Under the pieces are notes generated by a model. That model worked only from the letters and a program-made list of their open reading frames with translations, searched no databases and was not told the origin of the DNA. The translations under genes and the position numbers were made by a program. Positions 38,301-47,772 of a stretch of DNA of 64,000 nt are shown piece after piece; positions within the stretch are counted from its first letter, which is position 1; every line of letters begins with the position of its first letter. The stretch is from the NCBI GenBank assembly GCA_032718475.1, contig JAUCBJ010001981.1, positions 13,716 to 77,715 on the forward strand. The letters are read 5' to 3'. This DNA is from Nemertoderma westbladi (lineage: Eukaryota; Animalia; Xenacoelomorpha).

Positions 38301-41300
38301 GCTAGCCATTCAATATACAGTATTATAATTTCACTATATCAAACTTGTTGTTCGCGCTTTTAGACCTTTAGCAGTTTAACCTGCCAATTTTAGGTGTCTT
38401 TTTGTATATCAATTATTTAATGTACTGAAGGTACATCAGCCGAAGCCAGCCTGTGCGCGACCATTCACCCACAGTTAAGGGAGACTGGATTCGGATGCTT
38501 TGATAGTGATTGCAGTGTAGACCTACTGTATTATTCGATTGATCGTTAATATATAATCTCTGACAATATATTTACTTTAGGGGAAATATTAACAGTTCCT
38601 TTAGGACGTGGCGCTTTAAGTATAAAACAGAGTTATGACTTATACTAATCACAACGAGATGGCCACAGAGTTTCGTAAATAGCGCATTCTTTAGGAGATG
38701 CTTTATTAACCTTCACACTACTCCACACGACTTCACACTACTGTGCACTGATCTGCCGACCGTCACTGAATTTGATCATATATAAGGAGGATCGCAACTG
38801 ACACATGTAGGGATTATGAAATAGCATTCAATTCACACAAAAACCACTATAATGTAAGTCGCAGTTGCTACCGGTAAACCTGTTCCTCTAACCTTTAGTA
38901 ATCAAGAAGATTGGGGTTTTATGATTATTCATCGGTATTCTCCAAATATATCAGCAATATAAACCAACATAACACCAATTAATAACAGAATCAAATAATG
39001 CGGTGAACAGTCAGTATGTGTTACTTATGCAGTGTTCCATGTGCAGCAATGTTGACTTGCGGTGTGATGCGGTAGTTGAATCGCGTTGCGTAGTGCCGCG
39101 GTGTGGCGTTAATAGTTTTACGTTCTTGTAATCAAAGCCATCTGATGTTTCTGAGGTTTAGGTCAAAGTCTGAAACTTCCAAAGAAGTACAGAAGAATCC
39201 TAAGCCGGTGTTCTGGGCTTAGAAAAGATACACACTGACTGAATTGCGTGGGTTTCTGTAGGCACTGTCCAACACAAAGTGAAAATCGCTCTGATTGGCT
39301 GAGCCGAACAAAGAACAAAGAGAGGTTCAGGTTCCACGTTGGCAGTAAATCAGCTGACAGATTGCGTCATCTGAGTCATCTTTTAGAGTATTAAGCGCAT
39401 TGCGGAGAAAATGGCTTGTTATGTCCGCTACAGCACACATGCAGACATAGCGGGTAAAAATGGCTTGTTATGTCCGCTAAAACACCTACACGGTATATTG
39501 CGGAGAAAAATGGCTTGTTATATCCGCAAAAGCTTTTACACTTGTGTATAATAGATTTGATATAGTCATTGTTTTTTTTTAGATGTTTTTTTTAAATATT
39601 ATATTCTTTTATATAATATTAAAAAAAACCGCCATAAATGAAAAGTTAAAATTATTGAATGGGGGGGGGGGGGGGGGGGTATCTCAGCTTCATTCCCCTG
39701 GGCGCCAGAAGGGTTCGCTACGCCCCTGCAAACAGCTGCGGGTTTGAATAAAGCGAGTAGTAAAGGAAGCAACAATCAGCAAAGCTCCTAAATTTAGTGG
39801 GCCAGTAATTTCTTTTAGATAGAATCCCAGAAACAATAGGACTTGACCCTAACTGAAATTATGTCCTGTATCAGATGAAGCTAATAAAAATACTAACTAT
39901 AGTTCATGTCATGTTATAGGATTTAGTGGATTAATAGATAGACATTCCGAATCCAACAGTCCCAGACTCCAGCCACCATCGGACCGTCTCGTCGATTTAT
40001 TGGCCTCTACGGGAAGTGCAGTCGAGGACCGAAATACCTTGAGTAGGGCGATGGAGATCGAGATAACATTGAGGTCATTGCGGGAGCAAGCTGAGAAGGT
40101 TGGTCAGTCTTATAAGCATTAGTTTTGTTCTAAATTCTGTATTGAACAAGTATTTATTAAATTCATTAAATTTATGAATTCTGTAAATAGTGCTGCCTTG
40201 CAACGTTATGAAGGTGTATAATAATATATAAACATAAAAACAATCAATTTAAATATATCGGTCTACTGTAGGTACAGTTGTAAGTCTATTTACTGCTGTA
40301 TTTGGCTGATATATTTACTGTGTTTGGTGGTGGTGCAGTTTAACTGTTTGTTGTATAAGTTTTTAAATTTCCCGCGTTTATATTACATTATAGATGTTTA
40401 TCGTACTGTTGCACTGTAAAAAAAAAAAGTATTTATTAAATTGATGCTACAAAAACTAAATGGACTTAACGATAGATACGACAGTTTGGTGATGAGCACT
40501 GAAATATAAATTAAACTGAAACTGAAATCCAAAACTGAAATTACTTAATTGAAATTATTGAAATATTTTCATATTTTGAAACTGCAATTATTTTTCCATT
40601 TTGTTGTCAAATTCATTTCACAACATGAGTTATTTCGATTCAACAAAATTACTCCACCTACATTCGTACTAGGGGATCAATGAAATGGTTATTATTTCAG
40701 TGTTCAGCACTTACTACAGTTAATTAAGTTAATATATAACGTGTCCAGAACTACTTACAGATACGGTACGCAAATTTCCAATTGGGGTCGCGTTTCAGCC
40801 TTCCCATAGGGTTAATGTTAAATTAATATTGAAAAATTTGTGCCTAGAAGTAAAAATTGTACTGTAAACTGTGTTCCTAAATTTAGTTTATTGTTGTGGT
40901 TAGAAAAGTCTGCCATTATGACCTGCTCCTTTCTTTAAAAAGGCTCCTTAAATGGTGAATGTCGAAATTAAATATTCGCGAAATTAAGTTAATGTGCTAA
41001 AATAGTCTGAAGCGACACCCCAATTGGTAATATGCCTACGGACTACAGTGTACTGCCCTTGGTCGGCGTTTCATGCTGCGCACTCTACATATTGAGCCCG
41101 CTTGTATACTAATAGCGGCACTGTAACCAGCAAGGTGTCGTCCATTATTACTATTCTCTCGGCCTCAGCTACTGTAGGGGGCTCTTTCAGTGTCTGTCTG
41201 CTACAAAAAGTAATACCTTCCAAACAATTCACTTATTATTACGTAATTCCTTCCAAAACTTATTATTTTCAAATAACCGTTTGTTAACCGTTTTTGTTTT

Positions 41301-41466
41301 TTAACTTTAAATACAAATTGGTAATCTAGTTTTGTAAAGTACAGTTAGTTAGTAATAAATATTAATAATCAATATAATTATTATTGGTACATTTTATTTT
41401 TAGGATAAAATATTTTTAGAAGAGGAAGGCCAATACTTGGATTCAATAAGAAGCGGCGGTCACTGA
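5352..41466 (+). CDS. FBF1: Fas-binding factor 1 homolog (ciliary transition-fibre/distal-appendage coiled-coil protein), 17 coding exons, ~821 aa
   Basis: Exons 5352-5384, 5792-5922, 6866-6982, 9332-9403, 11054-11152, 11283-11469, 11953-12087, 12853-13046, 13139-13386, 22891-23041, 27214-27409, 27725-27876, 29073-29291, 29786-29937, 30167-30304, 39920-40098, 41404-41466. All introns are GT..AG with matching phases (2466 nt in total). Peptides ILEESYKRRE, EMKRDHDSEIERLKAIRDHEVEA, MEQERWNLTQEQ, KESLLVEQ and LREQAEKDKIFLEEEGQYL parallel FBF1 as I recall it. The N-terminal exons are less certain. Confidence 0.88.
5792..5922 (+). CDS. FBF1: FBF1 coding exon 2
   Basis: ttttag acceptor, open frame EDASRDFDK..., donor gttggt. 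Confidence 0.7.
6866..6982 (+). CDS. FBF1: FBF1 coding exon 3
   Basis: tctag acceptor, KQSAPPTAS..., donor gtaagt, which is also the first unit of the 17-bp array. Confidence 0.75.
6983..9153 (+). repeat. 17-bp minisatellite (~125 copies) starting exactly at the exon 3 donor
   Basis: Unit GTAAGTGTGAGCCACTA. Confidence 0.98.
9332..9403 (+). CDS. FBF1: FBF1 coding exon 4
   Basis: tttttag acceptor, SFSRSHFEDD..., donor gtaagt, phase 2/2. Confidence 0.7.
9961..10302. mobile_element. Inverted-repeat retroelement remnant with tRNA-like A/B boxes and a hammerhead-like core
   Basis: Arms ~9961-10064 and ~10195-10302 are inverted copies. Minus-strand gtggctgaactggtta (A box) and ggttcaacccc (B box). 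Plus-strand ctgaaga...gaaac-gtac-gta at 10185-10216. Confidence 0.55.
11054..11152 (+). CDS. FBF1: FBF1 coding exon 5
   Basis: cttag acceptor, donor ag|gtgagc, phase 2/2. Confidence 0.72.
11283..11469 (+). CDS. FBF1: FBF1 coding exon 6
   Basis: ttag acceptor, open frame, donor cag|gtggct. Confidence 0.72.
11953..12087 (+). CDS. FBF1: FBF1 coding exon 7
   Basis: tttcag acceptor; KQHHLEEVKLIEMNSKNRLE, start of the conserved coiled coil. Confidence 0.85.
12331..12603. mobile_element. Inverted-repeat element (~80-bp arms), Penelope-like pLTR remnant candidate
   Basis: 12331-12412 and 12521-12603 are near-perfect inverted copies, with a hammerhead-like motif at the inner edge of the left arm. 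Confidence 0.55.
12402..12440 (-). ncRNA. Minimal type I hammerhead ribozyme-like motif
   Basis: Minus strand reads UAUC-CUGAAGA-UGGUCCUAGUGGCA-GAAA-UUA-AUU-GAUA: conserved core, 4-bp stem I (UAUC/GAUA), palindromic stem III, imperfect stem II. Confidence 0.5.
12853..13046 (+). CDS. FBF1: FBF1 coding exon 8
   Basis: ILEESYKRRE...RIRELQR; tttag acceptor, donor gtttga. Confidence 0.88.
13139..13386 (+). CDS. FBF1: FBF1 coding exon 9
   Basis: EMKRDHDSEIERLK...; donor ccg|gtaggt is the first unit of the 19-bp array. Confidence 0.9.
13379..22650 (+). repeat. 19-bp minisatellite with interspersed 26-bp variant (~9.3 kb, roughly 470 units) spanning the exon 9 donor
   Basis: Unit GCTTACCG|GTAGGTGGATG; variant CCGTACCGGTAGTTGCGAGGTGGATG. 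Confidence 0.98.
22891..23041 (+). CDS. FBF1: FBF1 coding exon 10
   Basis: ttttcag acceptor; LEEKMKRQ...MEQERWNLTQEQNR; donor ag|gttggc. Confidence 0.9.
23017..27090 (+). repeat. 53-bp minisatellite with 43-bp deletion variant (~80 units) spanning the exon 10 donor
   Basis: Unit GGAATCTTACACAGGAACAAAATAG|GTTGGCAAACATACCACTGGGAATACAC. Confidence 0.98.
27214..27409 (+). CDS. FBF1: FBF1 coding exon 11
   Basis: ARATQIALDD...KESLLVEQ; phase 2/0; donor gttagt. Confidence 0.9.
27725..27876 (+). CDS. FBF1: FBF1 coding exon 12
   Basis: ctgcag acceptor; EAHLEGTLKAIGREQ; donor aa|gttaga chosen by phase. Confidence 0.82.
28073..28980. mobile_element. piggyBac-like non-autonomous element
   Basis: Flanked by TTAA on both sides (28069-28072, 28981-28984); TIRs cacgttagtg / cactaaacgtg; internal repeated gcaccggtgc palindromes. 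Confidence 0.7.
29073..29291 (+). CDS. FBF1: FBF1 coding exon 13
   Basis: ttccag acceptor; coiled coil AVSEAKRIESEY; donor gttagc. Confidence 0.88.
29786..29937 (+). CDS. FBF1: FBF1 coding exon 14
   Basis: ETERHIMQERLSLAK...CYKC; donor gtatgt. Confidence 0.88.
30167..30304 (+). CDS. FBF1: FBF1 coding exon 15
   Basis: ttgcag acceptor, open frame, donor gtgggt, phase 1/1. Confidence 0.72.
31014..33254 (+). CDS. Nested intronless ORF: single-pass membrane protein with 10-aa repeats and PY-like motifs (746 aa)
   Basis: ATG start; hydrophobic LYPVLVCVSVTMVVFIGCVMCF followed by KRRRHRRRVRRR; unique Pro/Ser-rich flanks on both sides of the repeat; C-terminal LPSY/PPVY/APSY; TATA-like ctatataa at ~30661. 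Confidence 0.65.
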   Translation: METLNHINVSEHLYPVLVCVSVTMVVFIGCVMCFKRRRHRRRVRRRSPVPPSEWCHFPTPSSGVTQIIDSALLPPLRTCSNPSIGEFLLVRSESDLPVPNRTVSDLPVPNRTVSDLPVPNRTVSDLPVPNRTVSDLPVPNRTVSDLPVPNRTVSDLPVPNRTGSDSPIPNRTVSDLPVPNRTVSDLPVPNRTVSDLPVPNRTGSDLPIPNRTGSDSPIPNRTVSDLPVPNRTRSDLLVPNRTVSDLPVPNRTRSDLLVPNRTGSDLPIPNRTVSDLPVPNRTRSDLLVPNRTVSDLLVPNRTVSDLPVPNRTVSDLPVPNRTVSDLPVPNRTVSDLPVPNRTVSDLPVPNRTVSDLPVPNRTVSDLPVPNRTVYDLPIPNRTVSDLPVPNRTVSDLLVPNRTVSDLPVPNRTVSDLLVPNRTVSDLPVPNRTVSDLPVPNRTVSDLPVPNRTVSDLPVPNRTRSDLPVPNRTGSDSPIPNRTVSDLPVPNHTGSDLPVPNRTVSDLPVPNRTVSDLPVPNRTVSDLPVPNRTVSDLPVPNRTVSDLPVPNCTVSDLPVPNRTVSDLPVANRTVSDLPVLNRTVSDLPVPNRTVSDLPVPNRTVSDLPVPNRTVSDLLVPNRTQSDLPVPNRTVSDLPIPNRTRSYLPVPNRTRSVFPSPTSSTGFLLPGPFQPHLRSNSSRLFDIYPDCSNRSPTDMSLPSYDQSPPPVYTPAELPNSPAPSYTSDWLEISENRSRTATELSQSLL
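31291..32970 (+). repeat. 30-bp coding minisatellite, 56 copies (SDLPVPNRTV)
   Basis: Unit TATCGGATTTACCGGTACCAAATCGTACCG, in exact 30-bp register throughout. Confidence 0.98.
33420..33692. mobile_element. MITE-like repeat family copy (inverted relative to 350-622)
   Basis: Reverse complement of the 350-622 sequence; ends ctggtattcatcacatgggcg. Confidence 0.65.
33879..37175. mobile_element. MITE-like family copy interrupted by a ~3-kb unclassified non-coding insertion (~33997-37014)
   Basis: Family sequence stops at ...tatagcgctt (33996) and resumes at ttctgtcttat (~37016), contiguous in the 350-622 copy. Confidence 0.6.
38113..39728. mobile_element. hAT-like non-autonomous DNA transposon
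   Basis: TIRs cagaggtgtagcga / tcgctacgcccctg; 8-bp TSD caaactgc (38105-38112) / caaacagc (39729-39736). Confidence 0.75.
39920..40098 (+). CDS. FBF1: FBF1 coding exon 16
   Basis: ttatag acceptor, ...TLRSLREQAEK, donor gttggt. Confidence 0.82.
41404..41466 (+). CDS. FBF1: FBF1 terminal coding exon 17
   Basis: DKIFLEEEGQYLDSIRSGGH*, resembling the FBF1 C-terminal motif; AATAAA downstream (~41696, ~41773). Confidence 0.85.
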   Translation, partial: DKIFLEEEGQYLDSIRSGGH

Positions 41467-41792
41467 TTGGTTAATTATAATAAGGTGCTAAGTATCATTG
41501 GACGGACGTTGGAAATCACTAACTGTTCATAATAGTTATATAATTTTATTTCGGAATTTACTGTGATGTGTTTGTAGATTATATAATTATATGTTAATAA
41601 TGTAACAAAATATATTTATTGAACTTTTTGCAACAATTTATGTGAGGTATTTTTAGTTTCTAGGTGCGTTCAGTTTTATATCATATTGTATATTAAATAA
41701 ATATTTTAAATGTAAAGGGATGCCTTTCTCTCCAGAGTATAAATAATATATTATCAATTATAAAACAAAAATAATAAATAATAAGTCAGTCA

Positions 41793-42440
41793 CAGTGGCT
41801 GATTTAGGGGGGGGGGGGGGGGCATTGAGTCATGCCCCCCCCCCCTCCTCACAGCAAGGGCGTAACCACGGCACAGGGGGGTGGGGGGGGGGGGGGGGGG
41901 GGCACGTCCCCCCTGTTCAACTTTCAAGGTAGAGGGCGACGCTATATAATATGCCCACAGCACTTTTAAAAATCTATCAATCCAAATTTAACTACAAACA
42001 ATAAATAATTTAACTGAATGTATTTTATTGGTGGTAGACAGACAAGGATTCCCGCTTCGACGTGGAATACGACAAGGCGGAGTCCTTTCCGCGTGTCTGT
42101 TCAAATTTTTTACATTGCTGGACTTTTCCAAACCCTAGATGATCAATGACTAGGGCTGTGTATTGGAAGAGAATCCTACCCGGCACTCGGATACGCAGAT
42201 GATATTCTGCTGTTAGCAAATTTAGAATCTGATATCACAAAAATCATCAATACGTATGCATAACATAATTCAACACGTTCGTGGGGCCTTCGCGCAGCAC
42301 GAGGCTCAGTTATGAGATACAAATTAAAATTGAGCAATTCTAACACAAAATCTGTATTTAAAAAATTAACCAAACCGCAAATAAATCATAAGAGGGGAAA
42401 GTTGCTCGCTTTCAACCCCCTCCCCCCTTAATCTGCACCC
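41793..42440. mobile_element. Degenerate MITE(s) with G/C-run subtermini
   Basis: cagtggctgatttagggggg ... ccccccttaatctgcacc are imperfect inverted ends; a second terminus-like motif caagggcgtaacc at ~41854. Confidence 0.4.
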
Positions 42441-43530
42441 CAACCCAAAGACACGCACAGAGGATTGTTCACAGGCAGGTATTAACAGAAAATTTGTGTT
42501 TTAAAAGTAATAGGCGTGGAGGCGACCCAATTTATAAGAAATATTATAATTTACCTCATGACGTTTTAGTATTGATACTGAAATATTAATTTACCATGTC
42601 GATGTCACAACAAAATTATTTAGCTATTTTTATTCTAAAGAATCTCCATTAAATACTCAGCCAAACAGTGTGCGAGATAAACAATAAGCAAGCTGTCTTA
42701 TTACTCTAGGGCCTACAGTGACACTATTGCATATCCTATAGAATTACACCTTGCTGGAAAAGTGGTGAGGTGGAACTGGTCGGACTGATTGCTAGCCCGG
42801 CAAACACACCGGACATGTTCTAGCACATATCTGATGTTTCAGCTAAATCAGTGATTTTTTGCCCTCTAGCGGCAGACTAGAGAACTGCAGACAGATGAGC
42901 CTCCTTTGAATGACACAGTTCATGGTCTAGTACAAATATGCCAAGTTTAGCTAGAACGGGTTTAAAGCAAAGAAAATGGGAGGATATTTAATATCTAGAC
43001 ATGTAGCCCTCTAGCGAGAGACTGAGGATTTGATGGTGTCTGGAAGTCCCGAAAAAACAAAACTGATGGTCTTATTGATGCCTACTAATTTTAGACTCGA
43101 AAGCTTTAAATCCGACGAAATAAGTAAGTCAAAATCGTAGCGACGATGATGACATACAGTACCATTATTGAATGAACTACTGTATTTGTCATAATTTACC
43201 TACCCCCCTAAGAGATAGCGTCAGTTCGCAAAGGCTCCGCCAACTTCCTGGCTCGGACCATATACCCCATATGCTATAAAATGTATTCGATCGATATACA
43301 ATTATATATGAATCCGCTAGGTGGTGTCAAATTATTATTCTGCAATTTCGTACTTGTACAGTACAGCAGTACCGTACCGGTAGGCCTGTGTCATTACTTC
43401 AGAGTCTTTAGCCGATCCCCAATTAAATGTCTTAACTTTTCAATTTCGTAGAAGATGGACTATGATTCTCTACAAGAAACCAAAATTTCAGCTCTGGAAA
43501 ATGAGGCGTTCCCGAGAAATGTTACATTTT

Positions 43531-46500
43531 CTAAAAACCACATATTCTGTCGTAGCTGACGTCAGACTGCATGAGTTCTGGCTCCCGTTGTAGATATGAA
43601 AGTATACGAATAGGCGATGCATTGATTATACGGGAGGAAAAGTGTATGTAGGGCTGAGGATATCGTGCTGAGACTGAGATAAGCTTACAGTTTAGTTTAT
43701 TAAGATAATTAATAATCTCCTGAGAATGAAACTCTTTAGCATTATCAGAGACTAGGCCCCTGGGCAGTCCAAAGCCAGCGAAAATAACATTTAGCTGTTG
43801 GATAATATTAGAAGATACTGACGATGATGATGGCAGGGGTATAGCTTCTATGTATCTTGAGCCATAATCAATAAGGGTAAGACATTTGATGTGTTCGATC
43901 TCTGCACAATCAATAGCAATGCATTCCCAAGGTTGGAAAATTGCGGACTGGATCATTGGCTGAGGGACAGGCAAATCCGCAGCTAGTTTACATGTATGAC
44001 AGTTTTCTACGAACAGTTTAGCAGCTCGAGTAATCCCAGGCCACCACACATTCATATTTAGCACATCAGTCGTCTTTGTTATGCCTGGATGACCTTCATG
44101 TGCTAACTGAAGCGTCTCTGATCTTAGTGAAAGAGGAATCACAATACGTGTATCACGAAGGAGAATTGGTAACCCACACACATAGTCGATACATAGTTCA
44201 TTTCTAATAGTATGGTATTTACTGTCAATTCTGGAAAGAGAATTCCAATTCCCATCTGATACACTATTAATTATCTTAGATATCTCTGGGCATATTTGTG
44301 TTTCCTGAGCAATCTTGGTGGTATCCACAAACTTAGATTCCAATATAATGTTCACGAATATGTCAGAATGTGATTCAGAAGCAGAGGATGAGAATGCTGG
44401 GTGAGGCGCCCGTGAGAGAGTATCAGAAACAACATTATATTTCCCAGGAATAATTTCTAGAGTGAATGAGTATGGTTGGAGTACGATTAGAAACCTTATG
44501 ACACGGACAGGACACTGATCCAGTGGTTTATTAAATATGGCTTTAAGGGGCTTATGGTCATTGTAGACAGTAAACTGAAGACCAATCAAATATTGCCGGA
44601 ATTTATGAGCTCCAAATGTTATAGACAACATTTCACGTTCGATTTGTGGGTAACGACTTTCAGCTGGGGCCATGGCTCGGCTCGCATAAGATACAGGTCT
44701 CATAATATTGTCTTTATCCTTCTGGAGCAATGTGGCCCCTAATCCTATTGGGGATGCATCACACTGTAGATAAGTATGATGGCTAGTGTTGTAGAGTTTG
44801 AGGACTGGGGCAGTGCTAAGGATCTCTTTGAGTTCGTCAAAGGCATCTTGGCATACAGTGGACCAATGAAATAGAATAGATAATTTAACCAGTTGTCTTA
44901 TAGGGTATGTTATGTCACTGAAATTAGGAATACATTTTGCAAGATAGGTTGCCATGCCTAGAAATCTACGACAATCAGCTGCAGAAGTTGGTATTGGTAG
45001 GTTTCTAATAGCGGAAACTTTATCGGGGTCTGGAGAGATACCACTCCCTGTTAATAAGTGACCAAGATAGGTAATTTCAGTCTTCCGAAACTCGCATTTT
45101 GGAGGTTGTAACTCAATGTGGGAATCAGGACACCGTTTCAAAACTTTAGCTAAGTGCTCATCATGTTCAGTAAGGGTTTTACCATGGACTAGGACATCAT
45201 CCTCCAATACAATAGTACCTGGGATATCCTGCAAGGTTTCTGACATGATTTCATGGTAAATTTCAGGTGCGGACGTTACTCCATAGGGAAGTCGGACATA
45301 ACGATAAGTCCCATTAGGGAGTACGAAGGTTGTTAAGCGACTAGAAAACTCATCTAGACGTAACTGATGGAACCCGGAGCGGGCATCAAGTTTGGAAAAA
45401 TACAGACTACCCCCTACTTTAGCAAATAACTCTTCGGGGGTAGGAATTAATACTCTTTTCCGAAGAACAGCTTTGTTAAGCAATCTTAAGTCAAGGCAAA
45501 GGCGCATTTTCCCATTCTTTCGCCTTCCTACCACTATAGGACTAACCCACTCTGCCGGAGGATCCGTTGTTGGAACTTTGATCACACTACCCTCAGCAAT
45601 GAGGTTGGCGATTTCTTGCTCTAGTTCTGGAATGAGACCAAAGGGAACTCGACGTGGGGCTTGTTGAACAGGTACTGCATCCGGTTTTAGAGTAATATGG
45701 GCCTCAGGCACCCTCATTGCAGACAATTCCGTTACGCAAGGGGATGGAGAAACTTGAACTGTATTTACCAAAGCTTCATTGTTAAATTTCCGTTGTAAAA
45801 GTTTCAGTTTAGTTATTGCATCTCTACCAAGTAGTGCCATTGTAGCTCCTTCAACGACATAAACATCCAGGGTAACATAACGGGTCCCGTAGGATAATGT
45901 AACCTTAGCACTACCAAGCAAAGGGAGAAACATTTTGCCCATGAAACCACGTAGCTTTTTATCAGTATCGGGTTTAACAATGTTTAGGTCGACATTCTGG
46001 CTTGGAAGAATGGTATGTTTGGTACCACTATCAACCAAGAAAATTACATTAACTGAGTAACTAGGGCTTGCGGCATTAATGAGAATATGCCAAGGTGTAG
46101 GGAGAACTGGGCAAATCCCTTCTTCGCAGGCATTTAGATGAACAACATCACATTCCTCATTGTTCATGGTGCTATTAACTTCTTCAATAGTATATATCTC
46201 AAAGTTATTAACTGCATTGTCTATTTCGTCTGTAAGATCTACTTGTTCGAATTTATTGAAACACACTTCCTCTCCATTAGCTGTCATACTCATATTCTTC
46301 ATCCGCATAATCCATGACATTGTGTACATTACTGCGTGGCTGGACCCGAGCAGTTGGGAAAGATCGGTTAGGCCCAGCACTACTGCCACCAAAGCTGGGT
46401 TTCGGGTGGGACTTGCGTAGAAACGGTTTTGATTCTTTCTTGCAAAGAATAGAGTTTCCGGTATGATGTAGTTCGCCACATCGTTTACAGTGTTGTCCAT
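43531..46500 (-). CDS. Gypsy pol (aspartic protease, RT, RNase H, partial integrase)
   Basis: FLVDSGT; WVSPIV, RLCLDLR, LDARSGFHQ, LPYGVTSAPE, LEDD; CDASPIGLGA, EREMLS, DHKPL; HEGH...CHTC, AIDC, VSDN. Confidence 0.9.
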   Translation of the reverse strand: MDNTVNDVANYIIPETLFFARKNQNRFYASPTRNPALVAVVLGLTDLSQLLGSSHAVMYTMSWIMRMKNMSMTANGEEVCFNKFEQVDLTDEIDNAVNNFEIYTIEEVNSTMNNEECDVVHLNACEEGICPVLPTPWHILINAASPSYSVNVIFLVDSGTKHTILPSQNVDLNIVKPDTDKKLRGFMGKMFLPLLGSAKVTLSYGTRYVTLDVYVVEGATMALLGRDAITKLKLLQRKFNNEALVNTVQVSPSPCVTELSAMRVPEAHITLKPDAVPVQQAPRRVPFGLIPELEQEIANLIAEGSVIKVPTTDPPAEWVSPIVVGRRKNGKMRLCLDLRLLNKAVLRKRVLIPTPEELFAKVGGSLYFSKLDARSGFHQLRLDEFSSRLTTFVLPNGTYRYVRLPYGVTSAPEIYHEIMSETLQDIPGTIVLEDDVLVHGKTLTEHDEHLAKVLKRCPDSHIELQPPKCEFRKTEITYLGHLLTGSGISPDPDKVSAIRNLPIPTSAADCRRFLGMATYLAKCIPNFSDITYPIRQLVKLSILFHWSTVCQDAFDELKEILSTAPVLKLYNTSHHTYLQCDASPIGLGATLLQKDKDNIMRPVSYASRAMAPAESRYPQIEREMLSITFGAHKFRQYLIGLQFTVYNDHKPLKAIFNKPLDQCPVRVIRFLIVLQPYSFTLEIIPGKYNVVSDTLSRAPHPAFSSSASESHSDIFVNIILESKFVDTTKIAQETQICPEISKIINSVSDGNWNSLSRIDSKYHTIRNELCIDYVCGLPILLRDTRIVIPLSLRSETLQLAHEGHPGITKTTDVLNMNVWWPGITRAAKLFVENCHTCKLAADLPVPQPMIQSAIFQPWECIAIDCAEIEHIKCLTLIDYGSRYIEAIPLPSSSSVSSNIIQQLNVIFAGFGLPRGLVSDNAKEFHSQEIINYLNKLNCKLISVSARYPQPYIHFSSRIINASPIRILSYLQREPELMQSDVSYDRICGF

Positions 46501-47242
46501 AAGCAGGACAGGGTCCCTTTTTATGACTCTGGCAACAAAACCGACAATTTCGAATATAAATAGCTGTTGTTGTAGAACGGGGTGGTGCTTGTCTTATCTG
46601 CCCAGAAATAGGGCGGTACGGATATTGGGACTGTCGGCTTTGGACAGCCAACACATCTGAAGCGGTATTATTTGGGCTGCTGAATCCAGAAAGCTCTTTG
46701 TGGCTTGAAACGGCAGCCTCATATGCAGAAGCCGCATTACGAATTAGTTGAAGTGTAGCGTCGGAAGGTTGTTGCAGTAACTGGCGACGGAGTTCATCAT
46801 CTTTAATACCAGAAATGAATGTATCTCGAAGGCGTGTCTCTGGGGTTTCGCTTGCAAGGTCACAATGACTAGCCAGTTGGCTTAAACTTGTGAAAAATTC
46901 CGGGATTGTTTCACCAGGTTGTTGACGCCTGTTTAGGAATCGATGTCTCATTACAAGGAGATTACGCCGGGGTGCAAAGTATCTTTCAAAATCCTCGAGG
47001 AGGTTATCCAGATTTTTAGGTCGTGCAATATCATAAACAAAGTTTTGTTGTGCTATTTTCTGTGCTGGTTTACCAATCATGGTCATTAAGGCGCCGATTT
47101 GTTTGGCAATGCCATTGTCTTCATTCCGAAGTTCTGTTGCATCAGCCCAAAAATTAAAGGATTGCTTCCAGTCACTAAACTCGAGGACCATATCATCTGC
47201 AGTAGTATTAAGTTGCTAGGGGATTGGATACTTTGCAGCCAT
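46277..47242 (-). pseudogene. Gypsy gag with tandem Zn knuckles and an in-frame stop at codon 9
   Basis: ATG 47242: MAAKYPIP*QLNTTADDMVLEFSDWKQ; RRQQPGET, LRDTFISG, CRFCCQSH...CPAYGQHCKRCGELHH. Confidence 0.85.
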
Positions 47243-47772
47243 GGTCCTGTTGTGCAATTTTTATTTATTTCTATTTTAATGGATAGCCTACCGGTAGCGC
47301 GGTAGGCCCTAGCCAATGTGGCCCTAGCAGATAGGATACTGGGATATCCAGGAATTATATTAAGTTTACGTTTACTATTTTTTTTTCCAACCAGTAGGCT
47401 CAGTCCTGTCAGAAATAATATTGCCAACAATCCATTTTTAACAGTTCAGTTTGGGCCTGTGGGCTGTAGGCCTATTGAAACACTCACCAACCAGTGTAAT
47501 AATAACTGAATAATCGCCAACCAGTGTAATACTAATCGCCAACCAGTGTAATAATAATCGCCAACAAATCAGTTTGTACAGTTCAGTCTGGGTCTGAGAG
47601 CTGTAATCCAATGCAGCAATACACGGTAGGCTATGTACCCAGTACCAGTACCGGTACACACTGCGCCAGTGTAGTATTGGCTAACAATATGCAATCATAT
47701 ATATATATTCTGCTAGTCCCGTCCAGATACCAAGACCATAAGACCGTACTCGGTCATGGCCTATTATATATA

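Larger units (their letters stand above)
43531..47670 (-). mobile_element. Decayed Ty3/Gypsy LTR retrotransposon (Mag-like), 3' truncated
   Basis: gag then PR-RT-RNaseH-INT order; PBS-like TGGCGCAGT (47668-47660) 1 nt after an LTR-end-like ...ACTACA; integrase ends before the catalytic E. Confidence 0.9.
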
